Shown here piece after piece: positions 38,708 through 47,925 of a stretch of 64,000 bases of DNA (positions within the stretch are counted from its first letter, which is position 1; each line of letters begins with the position of its first letter). The notes under the pieces were generated by a model. That model did not search any database. It saw only the letters and a program-made list of their open reading frames with translations, and was not told the DNA's origin. The DNA lies in the IMG/VR virus record IMGVR_UViG_3300035670_013234, one strand, 5' to 3'. Both the position numbers and the translations under genes were made by a program. Source of the DNA: an uncultured virus (IMG/VR IMGVR_UViG_3300035670_013234) (lineage: Duplodnaviria; Heunggongvirae; Uroviricota; Caudoviricetes).

Positions 38708-38896
38708 CTACTCATTCATGAAATCTCCGTTTGAGAAATCAAACCACTCGCTGATCTCATTCATCACATAATATGCAATCTGTTCTTTGATCTGCTCGGG
38801 AGTTGGGTTGTCTACGTGTTTGTGCGCACGATTCCAACCATAAGCCACGCCCTCATCAACACAGCGTTCAATAATTTTGTACATTCTGGGTTTCAT
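38708..38896 (-). CDS. hypothetical phage protein
   Basis: GVAYGWNRAHKH motif; GAGG SD. Confidence 0.7.
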   Translation of the reverse strand: MKPRMYKIIERCVDEGVAYGWNRAHKHVDNPTPEQIKEQIAYYVMNEISEWFDFSNGDFMNE

Positions 38897-38904
38897 AAAT
38901 CACC

Positions 38905-40071
38905 TCATAAATTAGCTGATACTATTTCATCATTACAGTTTGGTCTGAGTCGTTTAATCTTATTGGCGATTTCATCAATAAAATTCCAAGCATAAACCAC
39001 AATCAAAAGGTCTTCATTATCTTGCGCCAAATAAGATTGAGAAACAATTGGTATGTTAACCCCACCAATGACCATACCGATCTTTAGTGGATTCTCATCA
39101 ACAATATAGTCATGATGTAGGCCAAAGTAGTTTGTTCGAACAACACCTTTGGCTGCAACTCCATATCCAACAACTTTTTTATTAGATTTTGTTATCTTCT
39201 CTAGCAAGGATTTTTTATTGTTTTCTACTCTAATCCTAAACAGATCATATGTATGCTCTTTATATAACAAAGATTCTTCAGCTTTTTTATTTTCTACTGC
39301 ATTATTTGTTGGAGGATATTTCTTAATCTTGAACAAATAACTAATCCCATGAACTGGCCTGTACTCAACATCATGCAACCAAAGCCCTGCATTTTCGCAT
39401 AACTTTTGCATTGAATTGATAGTGAAGAATGAATGGTGCTCATGATATATTGTATCAAACTCACCATTGGTTACCATATTTTTCTGAGAAGTTTGTATAT
39501 ACAAAGTTCCTTCATCTTCAAGAATATTGCCGCAGCTCTTAACAAACTCAATAGGATTTGGAATATGGGCAACAACATTGAAGCAAGTTATAGCTGCGAA
39601 CTTATCTTTGATATTATTTGATGGGAAGTAATCGCAAAGTATATTAAGCTCTTTATCAGTCATCTCGACTATATTTTGAGCAGGATCTATACCAGCAACT
39701 TCCCAATTATATTTCTTGAATGCTTTAAGGAACGATCCATCATTACATGCAATATCCAATACTTTTTTAGATTCGCATTTATTTTCTTTATCAATAATAG
39801 AAGCGACCTTATCAAATTCTTGCACAAGAGTATTTGTTGTACCGCTAACATACAGATAGTTTTTGTATAGCATATCGCGATCAACTGCAATAGTCAGTTG
39901 ACTGTGCCAACAATCCAAACAAACGTTTGTTGCTAGAGGAAACAACTCTTCCTTTTCTTCCTTTGATTTCTTTAGGTTATTCGCTAACGGTTGTACGCCA
40001 AGATCGCAGAATAACTTCAGATTTGTTCCATTGCAAGCTAAACACTTTGTCATAAATTCATAAGAAGACAT
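38905..40071 (-). CDS. NDP-sugar C-methyltransferase
   Basis: CLAC..DLG.QPLAN zinc region, LDIACNDG, FDTIYHEH, GYGVAAKG. Confidence 0.85.
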   Translation of the reverse strand: MSSYEFMTKCLACNGTNLKLFCDLGVQPLANNLKKSKEEKEELFPLATNVCLDCWHSQLTIAVDRDMLYKNYLYVSGTTNTLVQEFDKVASIIDKENKCESKKVLDIACNDGSFLKAFKKYNWEVAGIDPAQNIVEMTDKELNILCDYFPSNNIKDKFAAITCFNVVAHIPNPIEFVKSCGNILEDEGTLYIQTSQKNMVTNGEFDTIYHEHHSFFTINSMQKLCENAGLWLHDVEYRPVHGISYLFKIKKYPPTNNAVENKKAEESLLYKEHTYDLFRIRVENNKKSLLEKITKSNKKVVGYGVAAKGVVRTNYFGLHHDYIVDENPLKIGMVIGGVNIPIVSQSYLAQDNEDLLIVVYAWNFIDEIANKIKRLRPNCNDEIVSANL

Positions 40072-40084
40072 ACTAAACCCTCAT

Positions 40085-41020
40085 TTATAGAAACTTAGAG
40101 ATGACATCCTCATAGCATTTTCTGAAGTTATCTTCTGTGCATATTTGTTGATATGCTGATATAGGTTCAAGGCCGTAGCCGATTATATCTTTGATTGGAG
40201 TTTTATCAATATCAATTCTATCGCTTAGAATGTGCTTAAACATTGAAGAGCTATTCACTGCTATAGGTTTCTTTGCCGCCAGTGCATAATCAGTACTGCT
40301 GCTGACCAGACCATCATTATTGTTCTGCGCATAATAGAAGATATTGATATCATTTTTATTCAAGAACAAAATAAGATGCTCTATATCAAGAAAATCGTGG
40401 TATATGTTTAATTCTATGTTTGGATTGGCAACGCTTCTGCATTCATCAGCTAGCTTCCTAGCAGCAGTTCCAGTTATATCAACATAATCACCAAGGCCAA
40501 TATTAAAATTTAATATAACATGCTCATCCTTAAATTGATTATTTACATGATTTATGATCTTGGCATATTCCTTAGTATACCATCCAAACCCAAAATTTCC
40601 AATTTTAATTGGACCATTTGGCGGGCTATATTTAATATCATCAATCTCAACTACAGGCCTTGGTATATTAACGCACTTATCATTAAATGGTTTAATATTT
40701 GGTGATATTAAAAAATTAGCAGCTGCCGATTGGAAGTTTGGTAGAAATGTTGGTTCATGGCCAATCGTTAAAAATTTAACACAAGGCAAATGATTTGCTA
40801 AATGATCGCTAAACCAATTTAGCAAAGAGCTATCATAATTGAATATTATTGCATCTGGTCTATGTATATTAACCCACTGGATAAATTCGTCAATCCCATT
40901 GACAGGGGCAAAAAGATAGTTATATTTTTTACTTTTTTCTAGAATCTTATATGTTGAAAGTCCGTATTGATAAACGCCACACTGCTTTTTATGCCCCTGA
41001 ACAATTGCGATATTTTTCAT
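40085..41020 (-). CDS. glycosyltransferase-like protein (GT-B-like)
   Basis: CGVYQYG, IGNFGFG, SSSTDYALAAKKP; paralog of the C-domain of 10720..12396. Confidence 0.55.
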   Translation of the reverse strand: MKNIAIVQGHKKQCGVYQYGLSTYKILEKSKKYNYLFAPVNGIDEFIQWVNIHRPDAIIFNYDSSLLNWFSDHLANHLPCVKFLTIGHEPTFLPNFQSAAANFLISPNIKPFNDKCVNIPRPVVEIDDIKYSPPNGPIKIGNFGFGWYTKEYAKIINHVNNQFKDEHVILNFNIGLGDYVDITGTAARKLADECRSVANPNIELNIYHDFLDIEHLILFLNKNDINIFYYAQNNNDGLVSSSTDYALAAKKPIAVNSSSMFKHILSDRIDIDKTPIKDIIGYGLEPISAYQQICTEDNFRKCYEDVISKFL

Positions 41021-41030
41021 AATGAACCCT

Positions 41031-41681
41031 TCACAGCAATAGATATTTGTTCCACAATTTAATAGATTTGTCGGCGGCCTTGAACCTATCGATAACTTCT
41101 CTTGATACTAGATCTGGATGTACATACCAATCTTCAAAATCACCCAATTCTTGCATAGGGCTGATATTGGAGACTATCAATTCATACCCTTTACTTTCCA
41201 TAAACTCTCTACTTCTTATTTTGATATCATCGCCCCAAGCATAACAATCATGCTCGAAAGTCAAGACAGCAAATCGATGAGTGTCAAATGGTAATTTCGT
41301 TAGCACATCAAAAGTGACGCTTGGAGGTTCGCAATCTACACTGGCATAATCAATGTCAGTAACAGTTATTCCAGCTCGTAGAAGTAATCCAGGGTAATCC
41401 ATTGTTCTAGCATCTTGCAGTTCGATGTGGTGTTTTCTACCGAACCTTTTATGCTCATCATACCAGCCTCGGCTAATCTCTACGCTGGCTCCTCTCCACC
41501 CATAGTATTTCTCTAGAACATAACTGTTGCTTGTCTCAACAGCAGGGCCAGCTCCAATTTCAAGGTAGGTTCCATTAGTTTTACCATCAAGAATACCAAG
41601 AACAAATAAATCTTGCCCTGCTTGGCCGCAACCAGCCTCTATTAACTCATGTCCCCTAAAAGGAAATTTTAGGTTATTCAT
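41031..41681 (-). CDS. FkbM-like methyltransferase
   Basis: QAGQD, YLEIGAG..SNSY.LE..GW.G, IDYASVDCE, FEDWYV. Confidence 0.75.
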   Translation of the reverse strand: MNNLKFPFRGHELIEAGCGQAGQDLFVLGILDGKTNGTYLEIGAGPAVETSNSYVLEKYYGWRGASVEISRGWYDEHKRFGRKHHIELQDARTMDYPGLLLRAGITVTDIDYASVDCEPPSVTFDVLTKLPFDTHRFAVLTFEHDCYAWGDDIKIRSREFMESKGYELIVSNISPMQELGDFEDWYVHPDLVSREVIDRFKAADKSIKLWNKYLLL

Positions 41682-41684
41682 ATA

Positions 41685-42905
41685 TTATCCAATAATTTGA
41701 AATTTCGGACAAGGAACTACCAGCTTACCGCCAGCTTTAACAAATTCTTGTTCTCTCTTGACGAACTCATCGATGAAATGCCAAGGAAGAACTAGAAGAT
41801 AATCTGGTTTGGCTGCGCGCATTTCTTCTTCGCTAACAATCGGAATATTTGTTCCAACTGTGGTCAAGCCAAACTTATATGGACTACGTTCGGCAATAGC
41901 AGTTAGAAGATCTGGAGTAATCCCAAAAAGTTGCAGAAGAGTGTTGCCTTTCGTGCTTGCACCATAACCATAAACTTTCTTGCCTTCTTTCTTTGCTGTT
42001 TGAAGGAAATCCATCACCTGTTCTTTTAGTTCCCAGATATTATCACCGAAAGCTGCCCAGTGCTTAGGATCAGAAATATCCCACTCTTTTTCTTCAAGAG
42101 CTAGGATTGAATCCACTCTGAAATCGCAGACATCTCGAAGTGGGGCGGTGCCAAAGGATGTTTTATCACTAACGTCTTTTTGGAAATATACTCTAAAGCT
42201 ACCACCATTAGTATCATTCAAACTGCAATCACGAACAATAAACCCTTCACTTTCAAACAGTTTCTTAATACTCTTTAAACCATAATAGTATACGTGTTCA
42301 TGACAAATATTGTCAAATGCAAGTTGTTTAAGCATCAGCGGAGTATAGCTCATCTGCATAACAAACACACCATCATCTTCTAGAATATCATATACATCCC
42401 TGATGAATTGCCTTGGCTCTTCTAGATCATAGAACATAGCAATACAAGTTACTACTTTAGCTTGCTTATGACCAAATCCAGTTTTATTATAAGCATCTCT
42501 AGAAAAGAAATCCTGAATGACTTTATTTGCAAATTTGCTGCTTTCTGCGACATAGGAATCATCGGCAGGATCGATACCAATTTTGATAACATTTTGGGGA
42601 ATGAACTTAAACATTGTCCCATCATTACATGCAATATCAACCCAAACATCATTAGAGTTCACTTTAATTCTACTAGTAATTTCGTCGACGATCTCATTGA
42701 GTTGTTTGGTCATGCTAGCGTTAATACCAGAACGATACCAATATTGGCCATACATCTTATCAAGTGGAACCGTTTGAGCTAGCCTAGCCGCTCCAATTTC
42801 ATCATCAAGATATAGATCTAGACTATATTTTCCAGCCCTATAATCAGATCCAGGTTTAACAAAGTCGCTAACAAAATGATCTCCAAGCTCAAGAACTTTT
42901 TTCAT
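41685..42905 (-). CDS. NDP-sugar C-methyltransferase
   Basis: YWYRSG, DIACNDG, FDNICHEH, GYGASTKGNTLL, LVLPWHF. Confidence 0.88.
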   Translation of the reverse strand: MKKVLELGDHFVSDFVKPGSDYRAGKYSLDLYLDDEIGAARLAQTVPLDKMYGQYWYRSGINASMTKQLNEIVDEITSRIKVNSNDVWVDIACNDGTMFKFIPQNVIKIGIDPADDSYVAESSKFANKVIQDFFSRDAYNKTGFGHKQAKVVTCIAMFYDLEEPRQFIRDVYDILEDDGVFVMQMSYTPLMLKQLAFDNICHEHVYYYGLKSIKKLFESEGFIVRDCSLNDTNGGSFRVYFQKDVSDKTSFGTAPLRDVCDFRVDSILALEEKEWDISDPKHWAAFGDNIWELKEQVMDFLQTAKKEGKKVYGYGASTKGNTLLQLFGITPDLLTAIAERSPYKFGLTTVGTNIPIVSEEEMRAAKPDYLLVLPWHFIDEFVKREQEFVKAGGKLVVPCPKFQIIG

Positions 42906-42914
42906 AAAAACTCC

Positions 42915-43919
42915 TCAAATATTGTCTAAATCAGATTTACACATGTCAGATACAAGATCCTTCAAAGAATATTTAGGTTGCCACTTTAGAACCTTTCTTG
43001 CCTTCGAAGCATCTCCTAGTAAATTAACGACATCGACTGGACGATAAAAATCTGTATTTACTTTAACAAGAATGTCACCAGTCTTTTTATTTCTTGCGAA
43101 TTCATCAACGCCAGACCCTTCCCACTCAAGTTGGATATCAAAATATTCTGCAGAGTAGTTGCAGAAATCTCTGACGCTGGCTTGTGTTCCTGTTGCAATA
43201 ACATAATCATCTGGCTTGTCTTGCTGTAGCATCAGCCACATTGCCCTCACATAATCTTTAGCATGACCCCAATCTCTAAGGCTATCAAGATTACCAAGTT
43301 CAATTGGTTTAATTTTACCCATAGCAATATCAACAAATCCTTTGGTTATCTTGCGCGTCACAAACAATTCGCCTCGGCGCGGCGACTCATGATTATAAAG
43401 GATACCATTACAAGCGAATATATTATACCCCAACCTGTAGTTAATCACTAACCAATGTGCATAGAGTTTAGCAGCACCATATGGGCTGGCTGGTCGAAAA
43501 ACTGTTTCTTCGTTTTGAGGGGCTGTTTGTACCATACCAAACATTTCACTAGTGCTTGCTTGGTAGAATTTAGTGTTAAGATTTAACGCTCGAATTGCCT
43601 CAAGAATACGAAGTGGCCCCAATGCATTAATATCAGTTGTATGTTGTGGCGCCTCAAAACTGATCTTGACATGACTCTGAGCTGCTAGATTATAGATCTC
43701 ATGCGGGCGAACCAAAGCAATAACTGCTGCCAAACAAATACTATCGGATAGATCAGCCTGATGTAGAGTTATTTTGTTTTTAATTTTTGCTATGTGTTTA
43801 TGGTTTGAATCAGAACTTCTTCTGATAATACCATGTACCGAATAGCCCTTTTCTAATAGGAGTTCAGCCAAATAGCTTCCGTCTTGTCCAGTGATGCCTG
43901 TGATTAATGCTGTTTTCAT
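42915..43919 (-). CDS. gmd: GDP-mannose 4,6-dehydratase
   Basis: ITGITGQDGSYLA, YNLAAQSHV, QASTSE, SPYGAAK, NHESPRRG..FVTRKIT. Confidence 0.95.
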   Translation of the reverse strand: MKTALITGITGQDGSYLAELLLEKGYSVHGIIRRSSDSNHKHIAKIKNKITLHQADLSDSICLAAVIALVRPHEIYNLAAQSHVKISFEAPQHTTDINALGPLRILEAIRALNLNTKFYQASTSEMFGMVQTAPQNEETVFRPASPYGAAKLYAHWLVINYRLGYNIFACNGILYNHESPRRGELFVTRKITKGFVDIAMGKIKPIELGNLDSLRDWGHAKDYVRAMWLMLQQDKPDDYVIATGTQASVRDFCNYSAEYFDIQLEWEGSGVDEFARNKKTGDILVKVNTDFYRPVDVVNLLGDASKARKVLKWQPKYSLKDLVSDMCKSDLDNI

Positions 43920-44035
43920 TTTTTTACCTTCTTAGGCTTTTTATTGCCAAATATTTTTTCCCAGTTTTCCCTATATTTTTGGCTAGAGGGTTTGGTTTTA
44001 ATAAGATCTCCTGTTATATCATTTTTCGAAGACAT
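43916..44035 (-). CDS. small basic protein (39 aa, not in track)
   Basis: MSSKNDITGDLIKTK...YRENWEKIF; ATGA overlap with gmd. Confidence 0.5.
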   Translation of the reverse strand: MSSKNDITGDLIKTKPSSQKYRENWEKIFGNKKPKKVKK

Positions 44036-44681
44036 CGATGTTCCTCCATCTCCCTGGTTCGAAATAATTGAACCAAACATAAACTTCTGGTAAATACATG
44101 GTATGTACTTGTTGTGTTATTGCTGTAATCAACATACCATCGCCACAATCATACCTTGGGAATCTAAATCCTAGATCAAGAACCTTACCCTTGACTAAAA
44201 TTTGTTCAAGCCCAACCTTCATCGGCTGCATAAAAATTGGATGGGCAATCAAAGTATTTGTGTGGTGATGGCGGTTGGTTCCTTTCACGCTTTCTGGAAT
44301 CTCATCGCCTCGTTTCATTGAAGTGATGATAACATTAATTTCATATGGGAAATTATATATCACATTTCGCAGTTTGTCAAAAAAATCTGGCTCGTATGCA
44401 TCATCATCATTCAAAAAACAATACATATCTTCTGGTTCTAAAGGATAATTATCTAGGAACCAATTGAGAGATGTATTAGACCTATCCCAAAATAGTTCCC
44501 TATCGTTATGACAAATATGGTGTTTAATCCAATCTTCTTGTGGTGGTACGAACTCATGGGATTTCGGATTATCGTCATCAGTCACAATATGCCAAAAAAC
44601 ATTGTGCCCCTTTAATGCATTATAAAGTTTTGGTACATTATCAAACCTCGCTAATGGACAAACAACATGGAATTTTTGCAC
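44019..44681 (-). CDS. GT-A-like glycosyltransferase
   Basis: YCFLNDDD, DG motif, WFNYFEPGRW. Confidence 0.55.
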   Translation of the reverse strand: MQKFHVVCPLARFDNVPKLYNALKGHNVFWHIVTDDDNPKSHEFVPPQEDWIKHHICHNDRELFWDRSNTSLNWFLDNYPLEPEDMYCFLNDDDAYEPDFFDKLRNVIYNFPYEINVIITSMKRGDEIPESVKGTNRHHHTNTLIAHPIFMQPMKVGLEQILVKGKVLDLGFRFPRYDCGDGMLITAITQQVHTMYLPEVYVWFNYFEPGRWRNIDVFEK

Positions 44682-44683
44682 AG

Positions 44684-45307
44684 CTATTCTCCTGTTACAA
44701 TGTTCATGTTTCCAGCTACAGAAATTCTAGTTTCATCTGAAGTGAAAAATGGATAGACACAATGAGTCATATTAGCAGGAAACATAATTATTCTCCCTTC
44801 GTCTCTTTTGTTTACCCAAATTAGATGGGAGCTCAAGCCCATAGTGTGAGTTGAATATGTGAGTTCAAATGCTGCAACTCTTGGAGTTTGCGGTTTCTCA
44901 TGAAAATCTACCTTCAGTTCTTCATCAATATCATATGGAATATTAACCCAAATAACAAAAGATGCTTTCCCACCATGAATGTGGTTTGGATTGTACTCAC
45001 CTTTCTTTTGGTAGTTGATCCAAATGTCATTGATTACTGGATACTGATTATCTCTTAACTCGTGGTCTGGATCTACTGAAAATGTATTGCGCCAGGATCG
45101 ATACATCTCTAAAAGAAAATTGCTTAGTTCTAGATCGCTATGGTGATCGTATTGATATTCTTCTCGAATGTATGAAATTAGATTGTGATTGTATGTATCT
45201 TTCTTAGCAACACCAGAAAGGCAATCAGATTTTAATCTTTCAAAGATGTGATTGGGAATTCTGCTTTCCAGAACTCCAGGGTTGTATATTGGTAGTATAT
45301 TGAACAT
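44684..45307 (-). CDS. putative 2OG-Fe(II) oxygenase
   Basis: WINYQ..GEYNPNHIH, FPA..HCVYPF, RISVAGN; GGAGG SD. Confidence 0.8.
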   Translation of the reverse strand: MFNILPIYNPGVLESRIPNHIFERLKSDCLSGVAKKDTYNHNLISYIREEYQYDHHSDLELSNFLLEMYRSWRNTFSVDPDHELRDNQYPVINDIWINYQKKGEYNPNHIHGGKASFVIWVNIPYDIDEELKVDFHEKPQTPRVAAFELTYSTHTMGLSSHLIWVNKRDEGRIIMFPANMTHCVYPFFTSDETRISVAGNMNIVTGE

Positions 45308-45320
45308 CACACCTCCATAT

Positions 45321-45397
45321 TGGCGCACCCGAGAGGATTCGAACCTCTGACCAATAGCTTAGAAGGCTACTGCTCTATCCTACTGAGCTACGAGTGC
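45321..45397 (-). tRNA. tRNA-Arg (TCT)
   Basis: GCACTCG TAGCTCAG...GTAGC CT TCT AA GCTAT...GGTTCGAATCC...CGGGTGCGCCA. Confidence 0.92.
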
Positions 45398-45399
45398 AA

Positions 45400-45606
45400 T
45401 TAATCATAATTTCCATGAAAATTATAATCTTCTTCGATCGGAGAATACCAGAAACTTTCTAGCTCTTCCGCTGCGACTTGAGGTGTGAAGTTGTTTTTGT
45501 AGCAGGCAAATAACAAACTTGAATCCACAGCACTCAGCGCATCGATTTGTAGAATTTTCATGACTTCTTTTTTATATAGGTCAAACGGATCAATGTACTG
45601 AATCAT
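45400..45606 (-). CDS. hypothetical protein
   Basis: 68 aa with AGGAG SD. Confidence 0.6.
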   Translation of the reverse strand: MIQYIDPFDLYKKEVMKILQIDALSAVDSSLLFACYKNNFTPQVAAEELESFWYSPIEEDYNFHGNYD

Positions 45607-45614
45607 AGAATCTC

Positions 45615-46154
45615 CTAGAATTTAGGTGCGTCCTTGAATAGAATTCCAGCAGAGTCTTTGGCTGACAGACTATTAGGTTGCATTGGCCATTGTATGTTTA
45701 GATCTGGATCATCCCAGCGTATACATACATTATGCTTTGGGCTGTACTTCCTGGTACATTTGTAAACTAGATCAGCTGTTTCACTCAGCACCAAGAATCC
45801 ATGGGCAAATCCTGGCGGTATCCAGAATATGCGTTTGTTATGTTCTGACAATATTGTGGCAAACCACTTACCATAGCTGCTTGAGTTCTTGCGTAAGTCT
45901 ACAGCCACATCAAACACTTCGCCGCTGATTACTCGAACCAGTTTGCCTTGGGTGTATCGAGTCTGATAGTGTAGACCACGGAGAACTCCGCGCTGAGATC
46001 GACTTTGATTATCTTGTACAAATACTTTACTGATGCCTACAGCGGCAAACAGCTCACGATTCCAAGACTCAAAGAAATATCCTCGGTCGTCGCCAAAGAC
46101 CTTGGGCTCCAGCAGCACTAGATCTTTGACGCCATTTGTGTCAAGGAAGTTCAT
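45615..46154 (-). CDS. rmlC: dTDP-4-dehydrorhamnose 3,5-epimerase
   Basis: DDRGYFFE, QDNQSRS..GVLRGLHYQ, DVAVDLR, GFAHGF. Confidence 0.95.
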   Translation of the reverse strand: MNFLDTNGVKDLVLLEPKVFGDDRGYFFESWNRELFAAVGISKVFVQDNQSRSQRGVLRGLHYQTRYTQGKLVRVISGEVFDVAVDLRKNSSSYGKWFATILSEHNKRIFWIPPGFAHGFLVLSETADLVYKCTRKYSPKHNVCIRWDDPDLNIQWPMQPNSLSAKDSAGILFKDAPKF

Positions 46155-46354
46155 GACTTCACGCTGGTAACATCGCGGTGGTCAAGGATCACTCGGTCGC
46201 GCATGTCGCCGAATACTTCAATCGGTTGATCGAGCACGATATGGTGAGAAACTCCGCCACCATACTTGACGCGTGACAGCTCAACCTTACCGACGATAGG
46301 AAACGTTTCGAGATACGTTCCCGTGATAGTCAGACCTTCAAGATTCCAGTTCAT
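46151..46354 (-). CDS. hypothetical phage protein
   Basis: MNWNLEG...SRVKYGG. Confidence 0.65.
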   Translation of the reverse strand: MNWNLEGLTITGTYLETFPIVGKVELSRVKYGGGVSHHIVLDQPIEVFGDMRDRVILDHRDVTSVKS

Positions 46355-46355
46355 C

Positions 46356-46679
46356 TTACATGCTCCAGTAGAGTTCAGTGCTGGGATCTGCACAACGCGG
46401 AGTGTCGTACGGGATCTCAACTTCCTTACCAGTCATGAGATTCTTGACCTTCTTGGTCTTCGGGCGGACCTGCTTCTCGAGGTCGGCCAGAAACTTCTCA
46501 CGCTTGCCAGGAGGCAGCATCTCAAGAGCACGCTTGAGCGTAGACTCCAGATACCCACACGCATACGCAAATGCCTCTCTGCTGTATGGAAATTTCTCGC
46601 TCCCGCTCTCGCGGAGGATACGGGTCACATCACTCACCCGCTCGCCGACGGGAACCTTGCTAACTTTCACACGAGCCAT
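46356..46679 (-). CDS. hypothetical phage protein
   Basis: VKNLMTGKEVEI..DTPRCADPSTELYWSM. Confidence 0.7.
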   Translation of the reverse strand: MARVKVSKVPVGERVSDVTRILRESGSEKFPYSREAFAYACGYLESTLKRALEMLPPGKREKFLADLEKQVRPKTKKVKNLMTGKEVEIPYDTPRCADPSTELYWSM

Positions 46680-46716
46680 TTCATTTCACCTTTGTTTCAA
46701 TCACCTTACAGTTTCC

Positions 46717-46775
46717 ATTATACTGGTATCAGCAGAAAAAAATATAACAAAAAACGTAATGAAATCAAAGACTTA
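46717..46775 (-). promoter_or_regulatory. promoter with IHF-like box (copy 4)
   Basis: TATAAT at 46722-46717; AAATCAAAGACTTA at 46762-46775; 39 nt gap. Confidence 0.75.
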
Positions 46776-46987
46776 CAAAAAGGGCTAGCCAGCAACATCT
46801 GAGCTAAGTTACTGATTCATAAGAAGTTTTTTCACAGTAAATCAATGACTTAGCAGCAAACCTTTGCCAGTAGACCGTCAGAGCGCAGTAGTCCCCGCAC
46901 CAGAACCCTCTCTCGAAAAACTCTAATAAAATCAACAACTTAGCAAACCACACTCAAAACAGAAATTCTAATAAAATCAATGACTTA
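46762..46987. repeat. cluster of five IHF-consensus boxes
   Basis: Boxes at 46762, 46805 (inverted), 46839, 46929 and 46974. Confidence 0.8.
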
Positions 46988-46991
46988 TGAA

Positions 46992-47068
46992 TGGTGGGAC
47001 TTGTTGGGCTTGAACCAACGACCATCCGATTATGAGTCGGGTGCTCTAACCAACTGAGCTAAAGTCCC
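46992..47068 (-). tRNA. tRNA with CAT anticodon, probably Ile2 (lysidine type); elongator Met not excluded
   Basis: GGGACTT TAGCTCAG...CCCGA CT CAT AA TCGGA TGGTC...GGTTCAAG...AAGTCCCACCA; resembles bacterial ileX. Confidence 0.85.
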
Positions 47069-47073
47069 AATGA

Positions 47074-47370
47074 TCAGTGAAAGTCGAACTGCAATCCAAT
47101 AATGGTTGTTACAATAACAACAATAGAAGGAACAATAAAATCGAGCAATCCGTCTTTATTCCATTTCAGTGGATTAAGTTGCCACTCTTTTGGTTTTAGA
47201 TCTTTGATTGATCGACCATTAGCATACTTGTATTGCGCTTGTGCATTTTCTCGTCCATAAAAAAGTCCAATTGCAAGAGCTGCCCCAAGAGCAAGATCTT
47301 TAGTTATTACAAAAACAATTGCTTGAATGACTAGTGCTTGAATACCATGCAACAGTGCCGTCTTAATCAT
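47074..47370 (-). CDS. membrane protein
   Basis: Two to three hydrophobic segments, GRE.AQ. Confidence 0.65.
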   Translation of the reverse strand: MIKTALLHGIQALVIQAIVFVITKDLALGAALAIGLFYGRENAQAQYKYANGRSIKDLKPKEWQLNPLKWNKDGLLDFIVPSIVVIVTTIIGLQFDFH

Positions 47371-47382
47371 TTTAATTCCTCT

Positions 47383-47925
47383 TTAGTCCCAAAGATTGGA
47401 ATAGTATTTGCCGAACAAATCAAATCCTTCTTGCATTCTCTCGCGATGTTTCAGATATCCTTCATAATCAAAAACATGAGTGTCTTTTGGGCCACGCTTC
47501 AACTCAAACAACTCAGCATCCTTCTCTGGCACTTCGTTGCCATTTTTGTCGACAGGAACATGAATGACATCATGCTCGCCCGAGTGAAACTGGTCTTCCC
47601 AATCGCCGTTGTTTTCAACAAGCTGGGAGAATGACCAGATCATTTTGTCGAGAGTATCCATCCACTGCTGATGACCAGCATCCCATGCCGTAGCATCTTC
47701 TTCAGCATAAAAAGGAAATGCTAACTGAATAGAGTCTGAGGTTTGTCGGAAAGCAGGCATATCACTAGGTGCGCCGTGTGTTGTAGCTTTCAACTGCTTG
47801 AGCATCGGATAGATGATAAATGCCAATGTAGAATCCATTGACCAAGTATCCCACTTATCAATGCGAACTCTGATCTTGCGTTCCTTGTCAGGATTCTTAG
47901 GATAACTACCGATATAGGCTTTCAT
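47383..47925 (-). CDS. conserved hypothetical phage protein
   Basis: IDKWDTWSMD.TLA.II.PML, LFGKYY..LWD. Confidence 0.75.
   Translation of the reverse strand: MKAYIGSYPKNPDKERKIRVRIDKWDTWSMDSTLAFIIYPMLKQLKATTHGAPSDMPAFRQTSDSIQLAFPFYAEEDATAWDAGHQQWMDTLDKMIWSFSQLVENNGDWEDQFHSGEHDVIHVPVDKNGNEVPEKDAELFELKRGPKDTHVFDYEGYLKHRERMQEGFDLFGKYYSNLWD

Noticed and set aside
46762..46987. Possible mini-CRISPR array
   Set aside because: Repeats are only about 14 nt, degenerate, irregularly spaced and in both orientations; no cas genes.
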